A stretch of DNA of 64,000 nucleotides, taken from a virus. Of the stretch, positions 9,425 to 18,939 are shown piece after piece. The number at the start of each line of letters is the position of its first letter. Within the stretch, counting starts at the first letter, position 1. The notes below the pieces were generated by a model, which did not search any database, had not been told where the DNA came from, and saw only the letters and a list, made by a program, of their open reading frames with translations. The stretch is from IMG/VR virus record IMGVR_UViG_3300030329_005813, positions 64,001 to 128,000 of that record; one strand, written 5' to 3'. Both the position numbers and the translations under genes were made by a program.

Positions 9425-9911
9425 CAAATAAACCCTCTCTGGCTCTTACACATTTGGCTGTAATTTCCATCTTATGATCAACTTGACCAAAGATCTGTCT
9501 TGGCTCCGATAAAGTAACTATCTCATAGTATATACTTCCATATAGTACAAAATCCCCTTCTCTAACAAATAGATCTTGATCTTCTGTTAAACGGCGCTTA
9601 TGAAAGTGGACCGAAATTGATGCGTCTTTGTCTAATCCAATATTTGTGTCAAACTTAGTTTGTATTCCTTCATATTCAACAAGCGCATACACTCTTACCG
9701 GTGGGAGAAAAGTTTTATTGATTGCTTCTCCATATAAAGAATGATAATTTGTTTTTGCCAAGTCAATGGGATAATAAACAACTTGTTGGCCGATGACGCG
9801 CTCAATAAGTTCATCATTAACTTGTTTAACAAGATCTCGCTCTTTCTTCCCCAAAAACAAAGGAGGAGGAGGTTGATTTGGCTGTTTCCATTTCTTTTCG
9901 TTCTCGGACAT
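9414..9911 (-). CDS. neck/head-closure protein (gp14-like)
   Basis: IGQQVVYYP, LYGEA.K.F, VREGDFVLY; position. Confidence 0.7.
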   Translation of the reverse strand: MSENEKKWKQPNQPPPPLFLGKKERDLVKQVNDELIERVIGQQVVYYPIDLAKTNYHSLYGEAINKTFLPPVRVYALVEYEGIQTKFDTNIGLDKDASISVHFHKRRLTEDQDLFVREGDFVLYGSIYYEIVTLSEPRQIFGQVDHKMEITAKCVRAREGLFDAT

Positions 9912-9916
9912 TTATA

Positions 9917-11227
9917 TTATCCTTGATAAATTGGAAGTGGTATTTCTTGGTAAACAGTATCAATAGCTGAGACCATTGCTGCATCTTGTTCAGCCAAAGC
10001 TTTATATGTCATTTGATCTAAGACTGTCTTAAGCTCATCCCTTAAAAGATCTTGTTCTGCTTTTGCTTGTGATAGAAGCTCACCAGCATTTAAAGTTACC
10101 GACTCTCCTGGGATGGGAATCGTGGCAAACTTTCCTCTTACTTGTCCGAGTATTTCTTTAGTCAATGCCAAAGCGTACCTACGAATCCACTGCTTTCCTA
10201 TAGAGTTAATATACTTATATGGTACGTTGGGGAAGGGCAATGTATTCATATTATTAATGCCGGCAACACCAGTTTTACGGTCAGCATCTTCTTCCCAAGC
10301 ATCACGATGCATTGTGAACGTAACCCACATTTTCGTTGGTATCTCGGCCTGAGGTATTGGAAATAATCTTAATTTATTATTATGGACCTCAAATGAGTAA
10401 TGTGATAATCTAGTATACAGGTGATCTTCGAAAGCCATAGCTTGAAGTTTATTTTGCCAAGTAGGAATAATTTCAAATGTTGTATCATCAGCAAACTGAC
10501 CATAGTAGTTTAAGTTTCCAACAACATTAAGACCACCATAATAACCATAGAATCTCCAGACTGAGGCTGGGGTTTTATAAAATACTTTACGAATCTTATA
10601 ATTACGATTCATTCTGTCTTGCTGATTAACTGTTAGGTCCACACCAGACTTTTCAAGGCTACCAGTTCCGTATGGATTTGAATCGTTTGTTGAAGAACTG
10701 GATATGATGGTTTGCAAATCATAATCTTGTTGTCCGGCGACAATACTAAATGATGCCGAATATTCCGTCAGATTACCGCCAACTCCAGCTTCTTCGGCCA
10801 ATCCATCAGCCACTCTTTGAGCATAGCTAAACTTATGTCTTGGATACTTAAGGTTAACCAAAGAGCCACTAACAGAATCAAGCTCAGAAGTTGTTGAGTG
10901 CTCACCTTTATGATCGAAGGCGCCTGTTGCCATACCCAGAAGTGATGACAGAACATTTTTGGCTTGATGAATATTAATTTGATAAGAATATTCTAAGCAC
11001 GCTTCTTCATAAGCTGCATAGACATTATCAGCTTTAATCTCAATATCTAATACATCTCCACCAAGCTTTTTATACGTGTATGCTACCTGTGCAGCGGCGC
11101 CGGACTTGAAATCTTCATCGACATATACGCCAAATGGAAGAGCAGCTACAACATCACTTGTGCTGCCAGTAGCCGGCAATATAACAGCACTAGTGGTGCT
11201 GCTTGGAGTTAACTTGGGAGTTGACAT
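9917..11227 (-). CDS. neck/head-tail adaptor protein (gp13-like)
   Basis: LGGDVLDIEI, WIRRYALALTKEILGQVRGKF, PGESVTLNAGELLSQA. Confidence 0.75.
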   Translation of the reverse strand: MSTPKLTPSSTTSAVILPATGSTSDVVAALPFGVYVDEDFKSGAAAQVAYTYKKLGGDVLDIEIKADNVYAAYEEACLEYSYQINIHQAKNVLSSLLGMATGAFDHKGEHSTTSELDSVSGSLVNLKYPRHKFSYAQRVADGLAEEAGVGGNLTEYSASFSIVAGQQDYDLQTIISSSSTNDSNPYGTGSLEKSGVDLTVNQQDRMNRNYKIRKVFYKTPASVWRFYGYYGGLNVVGNLNYYGQFADDTTFEIIPTWQNKLQAMAFEDHLYTRLSHYSFEVHNNKLRLFPIPQAEIPTKMWVTFTMHRDAWEEDADRKTGVAGINNMNTLPFPNVPYKYINSIGKQWIRRYALALTKEILGQVRGKFATIPIPGESVTLNAGELLSQAKAEQDLLRDELKTVLDQMTYKALAEQDAAMVSAIDTVYQEIPLPIYQG

Positions 11228-11250
11228 GCATAAGGCCTCCTATTCATATG

Positions 11251-11258
11251 TAAATAGT
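11251..11258 (-). promoter_or_regulatory. ACTATTTA putative late promoter motif (neck gene)
   Basis: Intergenic, immediately after a terminator. Confidence 0.55.
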
Positions 11259-11262
11259 TCCC

Positions 11263-11299
11263 AAAAAAACAAAACCCCCAACCAATAAAGGAAGGGGGC
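11263..11299 (-). terminator. rho-independent terminator
   Basis: GCCCCCTTCC-TTTATT-GGTTGGGGG stem followed by TTTTGTTTTTTT on the minus strand. Confidence 0.6.
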
Positions 11300-11324
11300 T
11301 TGATTAATAAATATGAGTAATTTA

Positions 11325-11768
11325 TTAGCTTAGCGCGGCGTCACCGAATGAACTGTCAGTTGCATCCACGATACCACCGTGTGCCACGTATCGATCACCT
11401 AAGCACACAATTTTGACCATCTCACCAGAGGTTGCGGCGCCTTCGTCAAAACGAATAAAGTCGTTAGAAGTTCCGTTCCCGATTGATGCACCGCCGCCAT
11501 CAGCAGCAGTCAAGATACCGGTGAAAAAACTACCATCAGCAGCGGTAATATTAACGTCCTTGTCAACTGTACCACCATCCTCTTCATCAATCATAACCTC
11601 GCACCACCAGCCAGCGCCAGCCGATGCTGGGGCGGGTAGAGTTAAGGTTGTGTCTGCTGTTGGGTTGATAACATACATCGTACCACACTCTGCTACTGCG
11701 GCTGTATGATCAGCTGTCAGCTCTCTAATTTTAATTCTATTGGCAGAATATCTTCCTAATTTAGCCAT
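11325..11768 (-). CDS. putative capsid decoration / small beta-rich virion protein
   Basis: Directly downstream of MCP with its own motif, AGGAG RBS and terminator; TLTLPAP..AG pattern. Confidence 0.55.
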   Translation of the reverse strand: MAKLGRYSANRIKIRELTADHTAAVAECGTMYVINPTADTTLTLPAPASAGAGWWCEVMIDEEDGGTVDKDVNITAADGSFFTGILTAADGGGASIGNGTSNDFIRFDEGAATSGEMVKIVCLGDRYVAHGGIVDATDSSFGDAALS

Positions 11769-11854
11769 TTAATAATTCTCCTTTATTTTGACCAGTCTAG
11801 TTGGGGCATCTGCCCTTGAACTCATATATAAGTAGTTTGTTACGAATTCAAAAG

Positions 11855-11884
11855 AAAAAAAACCCCGCCTTTTTCAAGGCGGGG
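11855..11884 (-). terminator. rho-independent terminator after the major capsid gene
   Basis: CCCCGCCTT-GAAA-AAGGCGGGG followed by T8 on the minus strand. Confidence 0.9.
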
Positions 11885-11912
11885 CTACAGTCTTACTAAA
11901 ACTGTTTAGATA

Positions 11913-13778
11913 TTAGCTAGCGCCGGCTTCGCCGACAAGGCCACGACAGATAACAAGACCGTACATGTCAGGACGCACCATCTTCTTAGCGTAGCGAGTC
12001 ATGACGCCCTTACGCGGCACGAAGTCCTCGACACCAAAAATGGTCGGCGTGACCTGGAGCGGAACATACGGAGCGTAGACATAGCCCGACTCAAGGAAGC
12101 TACCACCCTTGCGACCAACGAGGATCACGTTACGCGGGAAGTAAGGATCGACGTACACGTCGAACTTCTTCGAAAGCGAACCGGTCTTAACAGCACCGAT
12201 AGAACCAGCATCGGCATCAACAGTGACGGATGCACGGAAACCAGCGGTGAACTCAAGGATAGAAGCAACCTCAGGTGAACAAATCACGAAGTTAGCACCA
12301 CCCCGCAGAGTCTTGCGGTGGATTCTCGCGGACACATCATTGATGGTCTCGATCAAGGTCTCATACCACTCTGAGACAGTACCGGTGAAATCCGGAGCGG
12401 CCGAAGACGCACCAATCTCAGCACCAGTCTCGCGGTTGACGAAAAGACCCGGCGAACGTGACCAGTAAAGAGTACCAGCAGTGGCACCCTGAATAAGGTC
12501 GTTCAGGATCTCGCGATCAATCTCAAGAGCAATCTGCTCAGAGAGAATTGACGTCAACTCAACCTCAGCGTCAAGGTTGTGGTAGGCGTTAAGGTCTTGC
12601 CCCAACTCCGGTGTCCACTTAGCCTTGAGCTTCTTGGTGACGGCGGTGACAGCAATACTGTCCACCTTGATGTCGATCTCGGGGATAAACGCTTCATCCT
12701 CAAGACCCCACTCCGACGCAGCAGCAACAACACCGACGTGATCCACCGAAGCGCGTCCAGCAGGATCGCCAGCGAAGTTATCAGCAAGCGGGAAGTGAAT
12801 AGTCAAGTCCGCAGAAACTGCGGTACCGGCGTCGCCAACCACTGTAGATCCAAACGCGGCATCAACACCAACGTAGACCAAGTAAATACGAGTCTCTGTT
12901 CCATCCCAAGAAGATTCAGCAGGGTGATGGTCCTCGCTGCCGAGCGCAGTTAATCGACGAACCTGTGTAGCACTACCAGCCTCGATAATTGTCTCGCCAT
13001 TGGACAACGTTCCAGAAACAGCAATAAGATTTCTCTTATTTAAGAACATTCCGCTAGAGGAAAGGTTCTCAAACTTAGACAGCTCGGTTGAAATAATGTA
13101 GGCAGAGTGTCCATCACCCAAGCCAAGAACATCAGGGTCATAACGAAGAACTTTCTTTGCATTTTCGCTAGGAGCATTCAGGTCAATTAATGCTGTACCT
13201 GTTCCACCACCGGGAGCGTAAGCATCAATATCCGCCTCGCCAATTGTAACAGAACCAGTCGGGGAAGAATAGCCGGTTGAAAGGTTGTAGAAACCAACAT
13301 CGATATCGGCATCGGTAATCGTACCAGCCGCGTTAATTGATTTGGAACCCTCATAACCGAGGTTAACACCACCAGTGATTTCTTGTCCAACCACGCCACC
13401 ACCGTAAACAGACTCGCCGGCGTCAACGCCGCTTCTTTGCCTATTGTGAGTGAAGTCGAGGAAAAAGATGAGGCCCGAGGGCAAGCTCATCGGCTGAACC
13501 GAGACAACATCGTTGGCCAACAGACCACCGAAAACTCGACGGACAAGGGGGAAAGCCACCGAGGCAAAACCCTCGACGTCTCCACCAGCCATTGTGGAAG
13601 CTTCTTTCAGAAGCTGTGACGCCTGATTCTCAAGCAGACGTGCCATGCCTTGACGAGTCACATCGTTGTCAAGGCCCTCAAGGAGACCAGTCTTTTCCCA
13701 CTTGGAGAGAAGCGCAGTGCCTTCCTTCTTAAGATCGCGTGCGACGATCCCTTCAGTTAATTTATCTAATACTGACAT
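11913..13778 (-). CDS. major capsid protein (T4 gp23-like)
   Basis: FPLVRRVF, VSVQPMSLPSGLIFFLDF, KLKAKWTPELGQDLNAYH, EIDREIL, YAPYVPLQ, GVMTRYA; strong AAAGGAGGTG RBS. Confidence 0.95.
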   Translation of the reverse strand: MSVLDKLTEGIVARDLKKEGTALLSKWEKTGLLEGLDNDVTRQGMARLLENQASQLLKEASTMAGGDVEGFASVAFPLVRRVFGGLLANDVVSVQPMSLPSGLIFFLDFTHNRQRSGVDAGESVYGGGVVGQEITGGVNLGYEGSKSINAAGTITDADIDVGFYNLSTGYSSPTGSVTIGEADIDAYAPGGGTGTALIDLNAPSENAKKVLRYDPDVLGLGDGHSAYIISTELSKFENLSSSGMFLNKRNLIAVSGTLSNGETIIEAGSATQVRRLTALGSEDHHPAESSWDGTETRIYLVYVGVDAAFGSTVVGDAGTAVSADLTIHFPLADNFAGDPAGRASVDHVGVVAAASEWGLEDEAFIPEIDIKVDSIAVTAVTKKLKAKWTPELGQDLNAYHNLDAEVELTSILSEQIALEIDREILNDLIQGATAGTLYWSRSPGLFVNRETGAEIGASSAAPDFTGTVSEWYETLIETINDVSARIHRKTLRGGANFVICSPEVASILEFTAGFRASVTVDADAGSIGAVKTGSLSKKFDVYVDPYFPRNVILVGRKGGSFLESGYVYAPYVPLQVTPTIFGVEDFVPRKGVMTRYAKKMVRPDMYGLVICRGLVGEAGAS

Positions 13779-13813
13779 TTTATATCACCTCCTTTATTAG
13801 TATGATTTTAGAT

Positions 13814-14917
13814 TTATAATTTATCAGTTTTTGAAATACCAGCCAAGCGTTGGAAACGCTCTTTCAAAAGGACATCCTTTTGAGTTTTACGAGTCTTCTT
13901 TCTTGGCACAGATAATGAAGGTCTTCTGATAGCTTCGCTCAGTGATTGCGGACCTCTCGAAGAGGACTCCACTGTGCTTTGAAGGGTCTCAAAAATAACC
14001 TTCGCTTCTTCAACTGAATCAGTTTTTTGAATAGATTCGACAATCTTATTTTTTTGTCGCTCATTCAGGGAGGCATTATTCAATGTCCGATTCATGTAAA
14101 GTAATTTAGCATTTGAAAGATTCACTTCTTCAAGCTTCTCTTTCATCGTAATAAGCATTTGCTTATATTTGTCATTTGACTCAGCTAACTCTTGTATAGC
14201 TGATTCAAGCTGCTCTTTCTGCTCTTTGGCTTCCGTAGCAGCAAGTTTTGCGAGTCGAATCTCTTTCGCATACTCGATATCTGAACCGGGGCGTCCAGCC
14301 CAACCGGTCAGTTCGTCGCCTGCGAGATCGACGATTAATTCCTCAACCAAGCTATCAAGATCGATACCCTCGGGAAGCATTACCTCGTCTTCTTCGACTA
14401 CTAATTCTTCTGTTTCAGAAATTTCTGTTCTTTCCTCTTCCTCAGAATCGGGGTACTCAAACAAAAGCTCCTCGTCAATTTCTATTTCCTCTTGCAATTC
14501 TAGAGGGATCTCAATATCCTCTTCCAGCATTGGAGACTCTTCATCACCTTCCTCAGCGCCAAAAACGGCTGCCAAGTCTTCTGCGCCTTCGGGGGCGACC
14601 TCTTCACCGGGCTCCAGTTCAGCAAGAGCATTTTCTAAGTCTTCTAAGTTGAACTCTAAGGTTACCACTTCTTTCTCATCCGGACAGGGACACGCGGTCT
14701 CGCCTTCAGTAGCGGCCAATGGTATTTCGTCCCCCATCATATCCTCTGTTAGTGGCGCAGCGTCGGACTCAACCTCCTCTTCTGCTTCCAATAAGCTGTT
14801 AATAGTGGTCTTTACCTCGGACGCATACTTCTCTAGTATGGCCGATTCGGCATTCTTAAGTGCTGCTTCTTTAAGCGCAGCGGCATCAATTAAAGCTTGT
14901 TCTAACATAGTTGACAT
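13814..14917 (-). CDS. prohead core/scaffolding protein (gp22-like)
   Basis: Very acidic coiled-coil protein upstream of MCP (LEEVNLSNAKLLY; C-terminal RFQRLAGI); ATG at 14917 with AGGA RBS preferred to the track's GTG at 14956. Confidence 0.7.
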   Translation of the reverse strand: MSTMLEQALIDAAALKEAALKNAESAILEKYASEVKTTINSLLEAEEEVESDAAPLTEDMMGDEIPLAATEGETACPCPDEKEVVTLEFNLEDLENALAELEPGEEVAPEGAEDLAAVFGAEEGDEESPMLEEDIEIPLELQEEIEIDEELLFEYPDSEEEERTEISETEELVVEEDEVMLPEGIDLDSLVEELIVDLAGDELTGWAGRPGSDIEYAKEIRLAKLAATEAKEQKEQLESAIQELAESNDKYKQMLITMKEKLEEVNLSNAKLLYMNRTLNNASLNERQKNKIVESIQKTDSVEEAKVIFETLQSTVESSSRGPQSLSEAIRRPSLSVPRKKTRKTQKDVLLKERFQRLAGISKTDKL

Positions 14918-15007
14918 ATTTAACATTCCTTGCAAGAAAATATAGTTTTGTCTCACTATTAAGTAGTATCTTACAAAGACAAAATCCGGTTAATTTAAAA
15001 ATGCTTA

Positions 15008-15319
15008 TTAAAGGTCTTTCTTTTGATTATCTTTTTTAATTGCCCTGAGACGCCGAATCGCTTTTCTTCTTCTCTTAACAGATGGCTTAATATAGTAATC
15101 AGTTTTTTCTCTATAAGTTTCTATGATTTTTAACTTCTTGCATTTCTTAAGAAATCTTTTAACAGTCCTTTCAGGGTGTTCGTTGTTACGTGGGACAACG
15201 GTTAGGTTGCTAGGACTTTTACCACAAGATATTGGTGGATGCTTTTGTCGATCTCTATTGCTTCTGTTGTTTCTATAATTTCTATCGTTTCTGTGTTTCT
15301 TGTTTCTATTGTATGACAT
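15008..15319 (-). CDS. rpsU: phage-encoded ribosomal protein bS21 with N-terminal Arg/Asn-rich extension
   Basis: VVPRNNEHPERTVKRFLKKCKKLKIIETYREKTDYYIKPSVKRRRK matches the bS21 pattern (V..nE..e..lrrFkk......i..e.r....y.KPS..rr.k). Confidence 0.8.
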   Translation of the reverse strand: MSYNRNKKHRNDRNYRNNRSNRDRQKHPPISCGKSPSNLTVVPRNNEHPERTVKRFLKKCKKLKIIETYREKTDYYIKPSVKRRRKAIRRLRAIKKDNQKKDL

Positions 15320-15361
15320 CAAATCTCCAAGTTATAATTAGTAAGCTAAACAACTTATATA

Positions 15362-16045
15362 CTAAACACCATTAATTTTTTCTATGTCTGCTGTTGCAAC
15401 ACCATCAACCTTCCCTATGTTGGCTGATGCAACACCATTTACATTATTTCCGTAGCCAGCAGTACCCTCGGTATAATCAATATATGGACGACGCGAAGCG
15501 TTTGTATTAGCCAGACTATTCCAGCCTGGACCAGATTTTGTCGAGGCTGCTGTTCCGTCATCATTGTAGTCTGTTATTGTAACAATGGCTAATTTAAATT
15601 CGCTTAGAGATCTCATATCTGAAAGTGCAGTAGAATTTAAAGTAATTGAGTTAAATACATTTCTTTGCCATGTGGTAGTATTAATAGTAATTTCGGCAGA
15701 ATATGCCGTACTCCAATCGATCTGATCAAAATCTCCATCAACAAAAGCGGCGCCCGAGGCACCGGTTGCACCAGCATTAACCTTCATAATAATAATATTA
15801 TTATTCACATTAAAACCGGATCCGCGCATTTTTAAAGTTGCGCTAGCGGGTGTTATAGAAATTCCACTAGTATCGTAGGCCTGCATAGAGCGATATATAT
15901 CATATGGCCCAGTTGCTGTGGCTATTTTTAAAACATGATTCGCCGTCGTAGATACAGTGGCAGAGGTAGCATCTCTGGCTGCATCCCAGCTAGCAGCATT
16001 GTCAACTTTAAAAATACCATCATTGCCTGGATTAATTGTTGGCAT
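15362..16045 (-). CDS. putative virion surface protein
   Basis: Ala/Thr/Ser-rich beta protein; C-terminal triple repeat VNGV/VDGV/INGV. Confidence 0.5.
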   Translation of the reverse strand: MPTINPGNDGIFKVDNAASWDAARDATSATVSTTANHVLKIATATGPYDIYRSMQAYDTSGISITPASATLKMRGSGFNVNNNIIIMKVNAGATGASGAAFVDGDFDQIDWSTAYSAEITINTTTWQRNVFNSITLNSTALSDMRSLSEFKLAIVTITDYNDDGTAASTKSGPGWNSLANTNASRRPYIDYTEGTAGYGNNVNGVASANIGKVDGVATADIEKINGV

Positions 16046-16304
16046 CTAATTCATTCACGGACAAGATTGTGCCGTGACCTCCTGATTCTAGTTCTTCTTC
16101 CTCGGTGAAAAAATATTCTAACAAAAATTCTCTTAGAGAATCGACACACTCAGTGGTTCTTAAAGAAATAGAATCTTGCATCAAAGTCAAAAATTCGTCC
16201 GCTGTTAGTGATCTTTGTCTCCAGTCGGGTCCAACCATATGAGGATAATACCAATGCTGGATATGGCCGTTGGCCCACTCAATTTGAACTTCGAAACGTC
16301 GCAT
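16032..16304 (-). CDS. hypothetical protein
   Basis: About 90-aa ORF coupled to both neighbours. Confidence 0.55.
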   Translation of the reverse strand: MRRFEVQIEWANGHIQHWYYPHMVGPDWRQRSLTADEFLTLMQDSISLRTTECVDSLREFLLEYFFTEEEELESGGHGTILSVNELDANN

Positions 16305-16306
16305 CA

Positions 16307-18019
16307 CTACGCAATCTCCACATGAGTTCCATCCGGATTAAAATAAATTAAAACATCGCCGCCATCGTCATCAATGGCGTATCCAACAACGCGAACAAAA
16401 TCTCCGGATGCTGATGGTGCTGTAAAGTCTAAGTGACCAGCGGTAGTAGAAACGTAAATAGGTAGTCCATCGACGGCGCCCGAGCCAGGAACATTTAAAA
16501 TTTCTGTTGATGGAATTCTTATAAATCCGCGAACAAACAATCCAATGCTCCTAGCATTTCCAATTCCAATTCCAAGTAGTTGTGTCGCCCCAGTTGCTAC
16601 TGCGTCAGCATCTGTTGAATTCCAAGTACCGTCAGTATGCAAAAAGTATAATTGGCCTGCGGTTAAAGTTTCATCGGCGCCTGGAGAATATCTTAGTATT
16701 TCGCCATTGCCCTGGCCGTCTGCAAATATGTTTTCAAAAGTTGAAGCATTAAAATCACTAACCGCTGTAAGTCCGTGCTTTGGATACTCAAAGTTAATAC
16801 CAACAGCATCTGTGCTAGCATCAACATAAATTTGATGAGTATTGTTGTCCGACTCGACGCGAAAGTCACAGTCTATGCCATCATCATTAACACACACTTC
16901 CGGTATGTCTGAGTTTGCTACATCTTCGCCACCAATTGAAAATAATGTATTTTGGCTAGCGCTCCCGGCTGTGCCGCCTGACTGAACCCTAAACTTTATC
17001 AAACCGCCTTCATCGCCGTTTGTAATGTCAGAAGCTTCTACTAGGATTGTAGCGTATACCAACTCGTTGTTACCAGAATCAACACCCTCAAATTGAATCC
17101 TGCCCAGATCCATATTATCTGCTTCTGCCGATGTATCGCTTCTTGTAAACTTTAATACAGCTTCGTTAGTAACCCCAGCATTTGTATTTTTTATTTCAAC
17201 TATGGGGCCAGTATCGGCGGCGCTAGATTCAACTAGCAGAATAGGATTATCTGATGATATTGCATCACTTTTAAGATGCATAACTGTAGTTCCGGTCGCA
17301 GCAGTATTATCGTTAGTAACTTTAACAAGAGTTCTGGTGCTTGTATCTGACGAATCAGAAACTAAGTTTAAAATACCACCTGTTGTGAGAGCATCTGCGG
17401 ACACGGACATCACGGCAGCGGTCGTTAATGCATCGGCTGTTACGCCTATAACGGCTGCATCAATGTTGGCAGCATTGATATCAAGGGCTATTTGATCTGT
17501 GTCATTTGAATTTAACTGAACAAGGGGAACGTTATATGCGCCGGCTGTCGCGTGATTCGTAACTTCTAAAGTTGCAGCGGGAGAATCTGTTGAATCCCCA
17601 ACACTAACTCTATTTGTGCTACCCTCAACAAAAATCATATGCGTTTCGTCAACCGACTCAACGCGAAAATCATTATCATTTCCACTTTCATTAAAGGTGG
17701 CTGAATCATCAACTGAAAAAGTTGTTCCATCGTATGTTATATTGGCCTCACCGTCCAGCTCGGTGGTCGTTGAGCCAATAGTTACCATACGATTTTCGGC
17801 CTGATTGTTAAGGGCAGTAATGGTGCCGCTACCGCCAGACACAGTTTGCCAACTGCAAGTGCCATCACCGTCTTCTCTTAAAAATTTAGTTCCACCAGTT
17901 TCGCCGGTTGAAGCTATTTCAGTGCCTTCAATCGGACGATAGACAGCTAGTGCTTTGGCTATTCTGGGGGCAAATACGTTAAGAGAATTGATAAATAAGT
18001 TTCGAAATTCTTTAGACAT
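16307..18019 (-). CDS. fibre/decoration-like virion protein
   Basis: Repeated DFRVES..TH.I.V modules; C-terminal IYVSTTAG..GDFVRVVGYA resembles decoration/RecA-like cement domains. Confidence 0.6.
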   Translation of the reverse strand: MSKEFRNLFINSLNVFAPRIAKALAVYRPIEGTEIASTGETGGTKFLREDGDGTCSWQTVSGGSGTITALNNQAENRMVTIGSTTTELDGEANITYDGTTFSVDDSATFNESGNDNDFRVESVDETHMIFVEGSTNRVSVGDSTDSPAATLEVTNHATAGAYNVPLVQLNSNDTDQIALDINAANIDAAVIGVTADALTTAAVMSVSADALTTGGILNLVSDSSDTSTRTLVKVTNDNTAATGTTVMHLKSDAISSDNPILLVESSAADTGPIVEIKNTNAGVTNEAVLKFTRSDTSAEADNMDLGRIQFEGVDSGNNELVYATILVEASDITNGDEGGLIKFRVQSGGTAGSASQNTLFSIGGEDVANSDIPEVCVNDDGIDCDFRVESDNNTHQIYVDASTDAVGINFEYPKHGLTAVSDFNASTFENIFADGQGNGEILRYSPGADETLTAGQLYFLHTDGTWNSTDADAVATGATQLLGIGIGNARSIGLFVRGFIRIPSTEILNVPGSGAVDGLPIYVSTTAGHLDFTAPSASGDFVRVVGYAIDDDGGDVLIYFNPDGTHVEIA

Positions 18020-18039
18020 CTGAATCCACTACCTGCCTA

Positions 18040-18047
18040 TAAATAGT
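18040..18047 (-). promoter_or_regulatory. ACTATTTA putative late promoter motif
   Basis: Intergenic, about 20 nt upstream of 18019. Confidence 0.55.
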
Positions 18048-18074
18048 TAAAACTACCTATAGAAGCTTTATTTA

Positions 18075-18920
18075 TCAATCTGCCCAGGGATCATTCGGGG
18101 TACCTGTGGTGATCAAGTGCCCTTCTACAAGCCACTTGTCGGTTCCCATAAGATAACAATGAATAACTGAACCTGCCATTCGGCCTTTATTGTTAGCATC
18201 CAGTACTATTTTATCATGAGAGGAACCATCTGCGGGAAACGCATCGGATTTTGCCGCGGCTGATATTGAATGCATGCAACCAAGGAACAGATCGTTGTCG
18301 GCTGCTGTTTGAATCGTAAGGGTACCTGTCTGGGTCGTGCCTATGAATATTGTGCAGAAAAAACCGCCGTTAGCGCCTGCGTCATCGGGCAGTGTTATGG
18401 TCATCCCAGAACTAAAGGCGTCAGCCACATGCACTATCAGCCCAGAGTGTTCGGGCTGAAGAGTGAGCGTGGTCCCACTATCGAGAATGTAACGAGGGCG
18501 GCGATGACCCCAGCCCCCCGTCGCGGTCGTGCCCACCATTGGATTCGTTCTTGCGTTTTCAAGTTCGGCGCCTGAATCGCCTTGTAACTTAGTCGTAACG
18601 ATTATCGATGCGTTTTCGGAACCATCAGTAACGTTCATGGATTCGCATCTTATTCTGGACCATCGCAGTTCATCGTCATTACTATTTCTTCCATAAAAAT
18701 CAATAGAACCTAAAACATCAGATGCCTCAACCCCCGTAGCTGGACCGAGAGAAGCGTGGACGGAACCAGAGGGGCTGGAAGAGTTTTTTGTAAACCTAAG
18801 GGAACCTGGGGTTTCATCTGCGTTTCTATTTACTATTTTTACAATTGGCTTATCAGACTTTGCTGAACGAATTGTGGCGCCACCGCGAATAGATGATTTA
18901 GAACTTTGAAACCTACCCAT
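18075..18920 (-). CDS. fibre/decoration-like virion protein
   Basis: Shares a module with 16307..18019 and a C-terminal domain with 11325..11768. Confidence 0.55.
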   Translation of the reverse strand: MGRFQSSKSSIRGGATIRSAKSDKPIVKIVNRNADETPGSLRFTKNSSSPSGSVHASLGPATGVEASDVLGSIDFYGRNSNDDELRWSRIRCESMNVTDGSENASIIVTTKLQGDSGAELENARTNPMVGTTATGGWGHRRPRYILDSGTTLTLQPEHSGLIVHVADAFSSGMTITLPDDAGANGGFFCTIFIGTTQTGTLTIQTAADNDLFLGCMHSISAAAKSDAFPADGSSHDKIVLDANNKGRMAGSVIHCYLMGTDKWLVEGHLITTGTPNDPWAD

Positions 18921-18939
18921 AGCTTACACTCCTAATATA

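Noticed and set aside
14169-14945. 258-aa plus-strand ORF and the many other plus-strand ORFs in the track
   Set aside because: They are antisense shadows of minus-strand genes (Ser-rich mirror of Glu codons), with no RBS or recognisable motifs.
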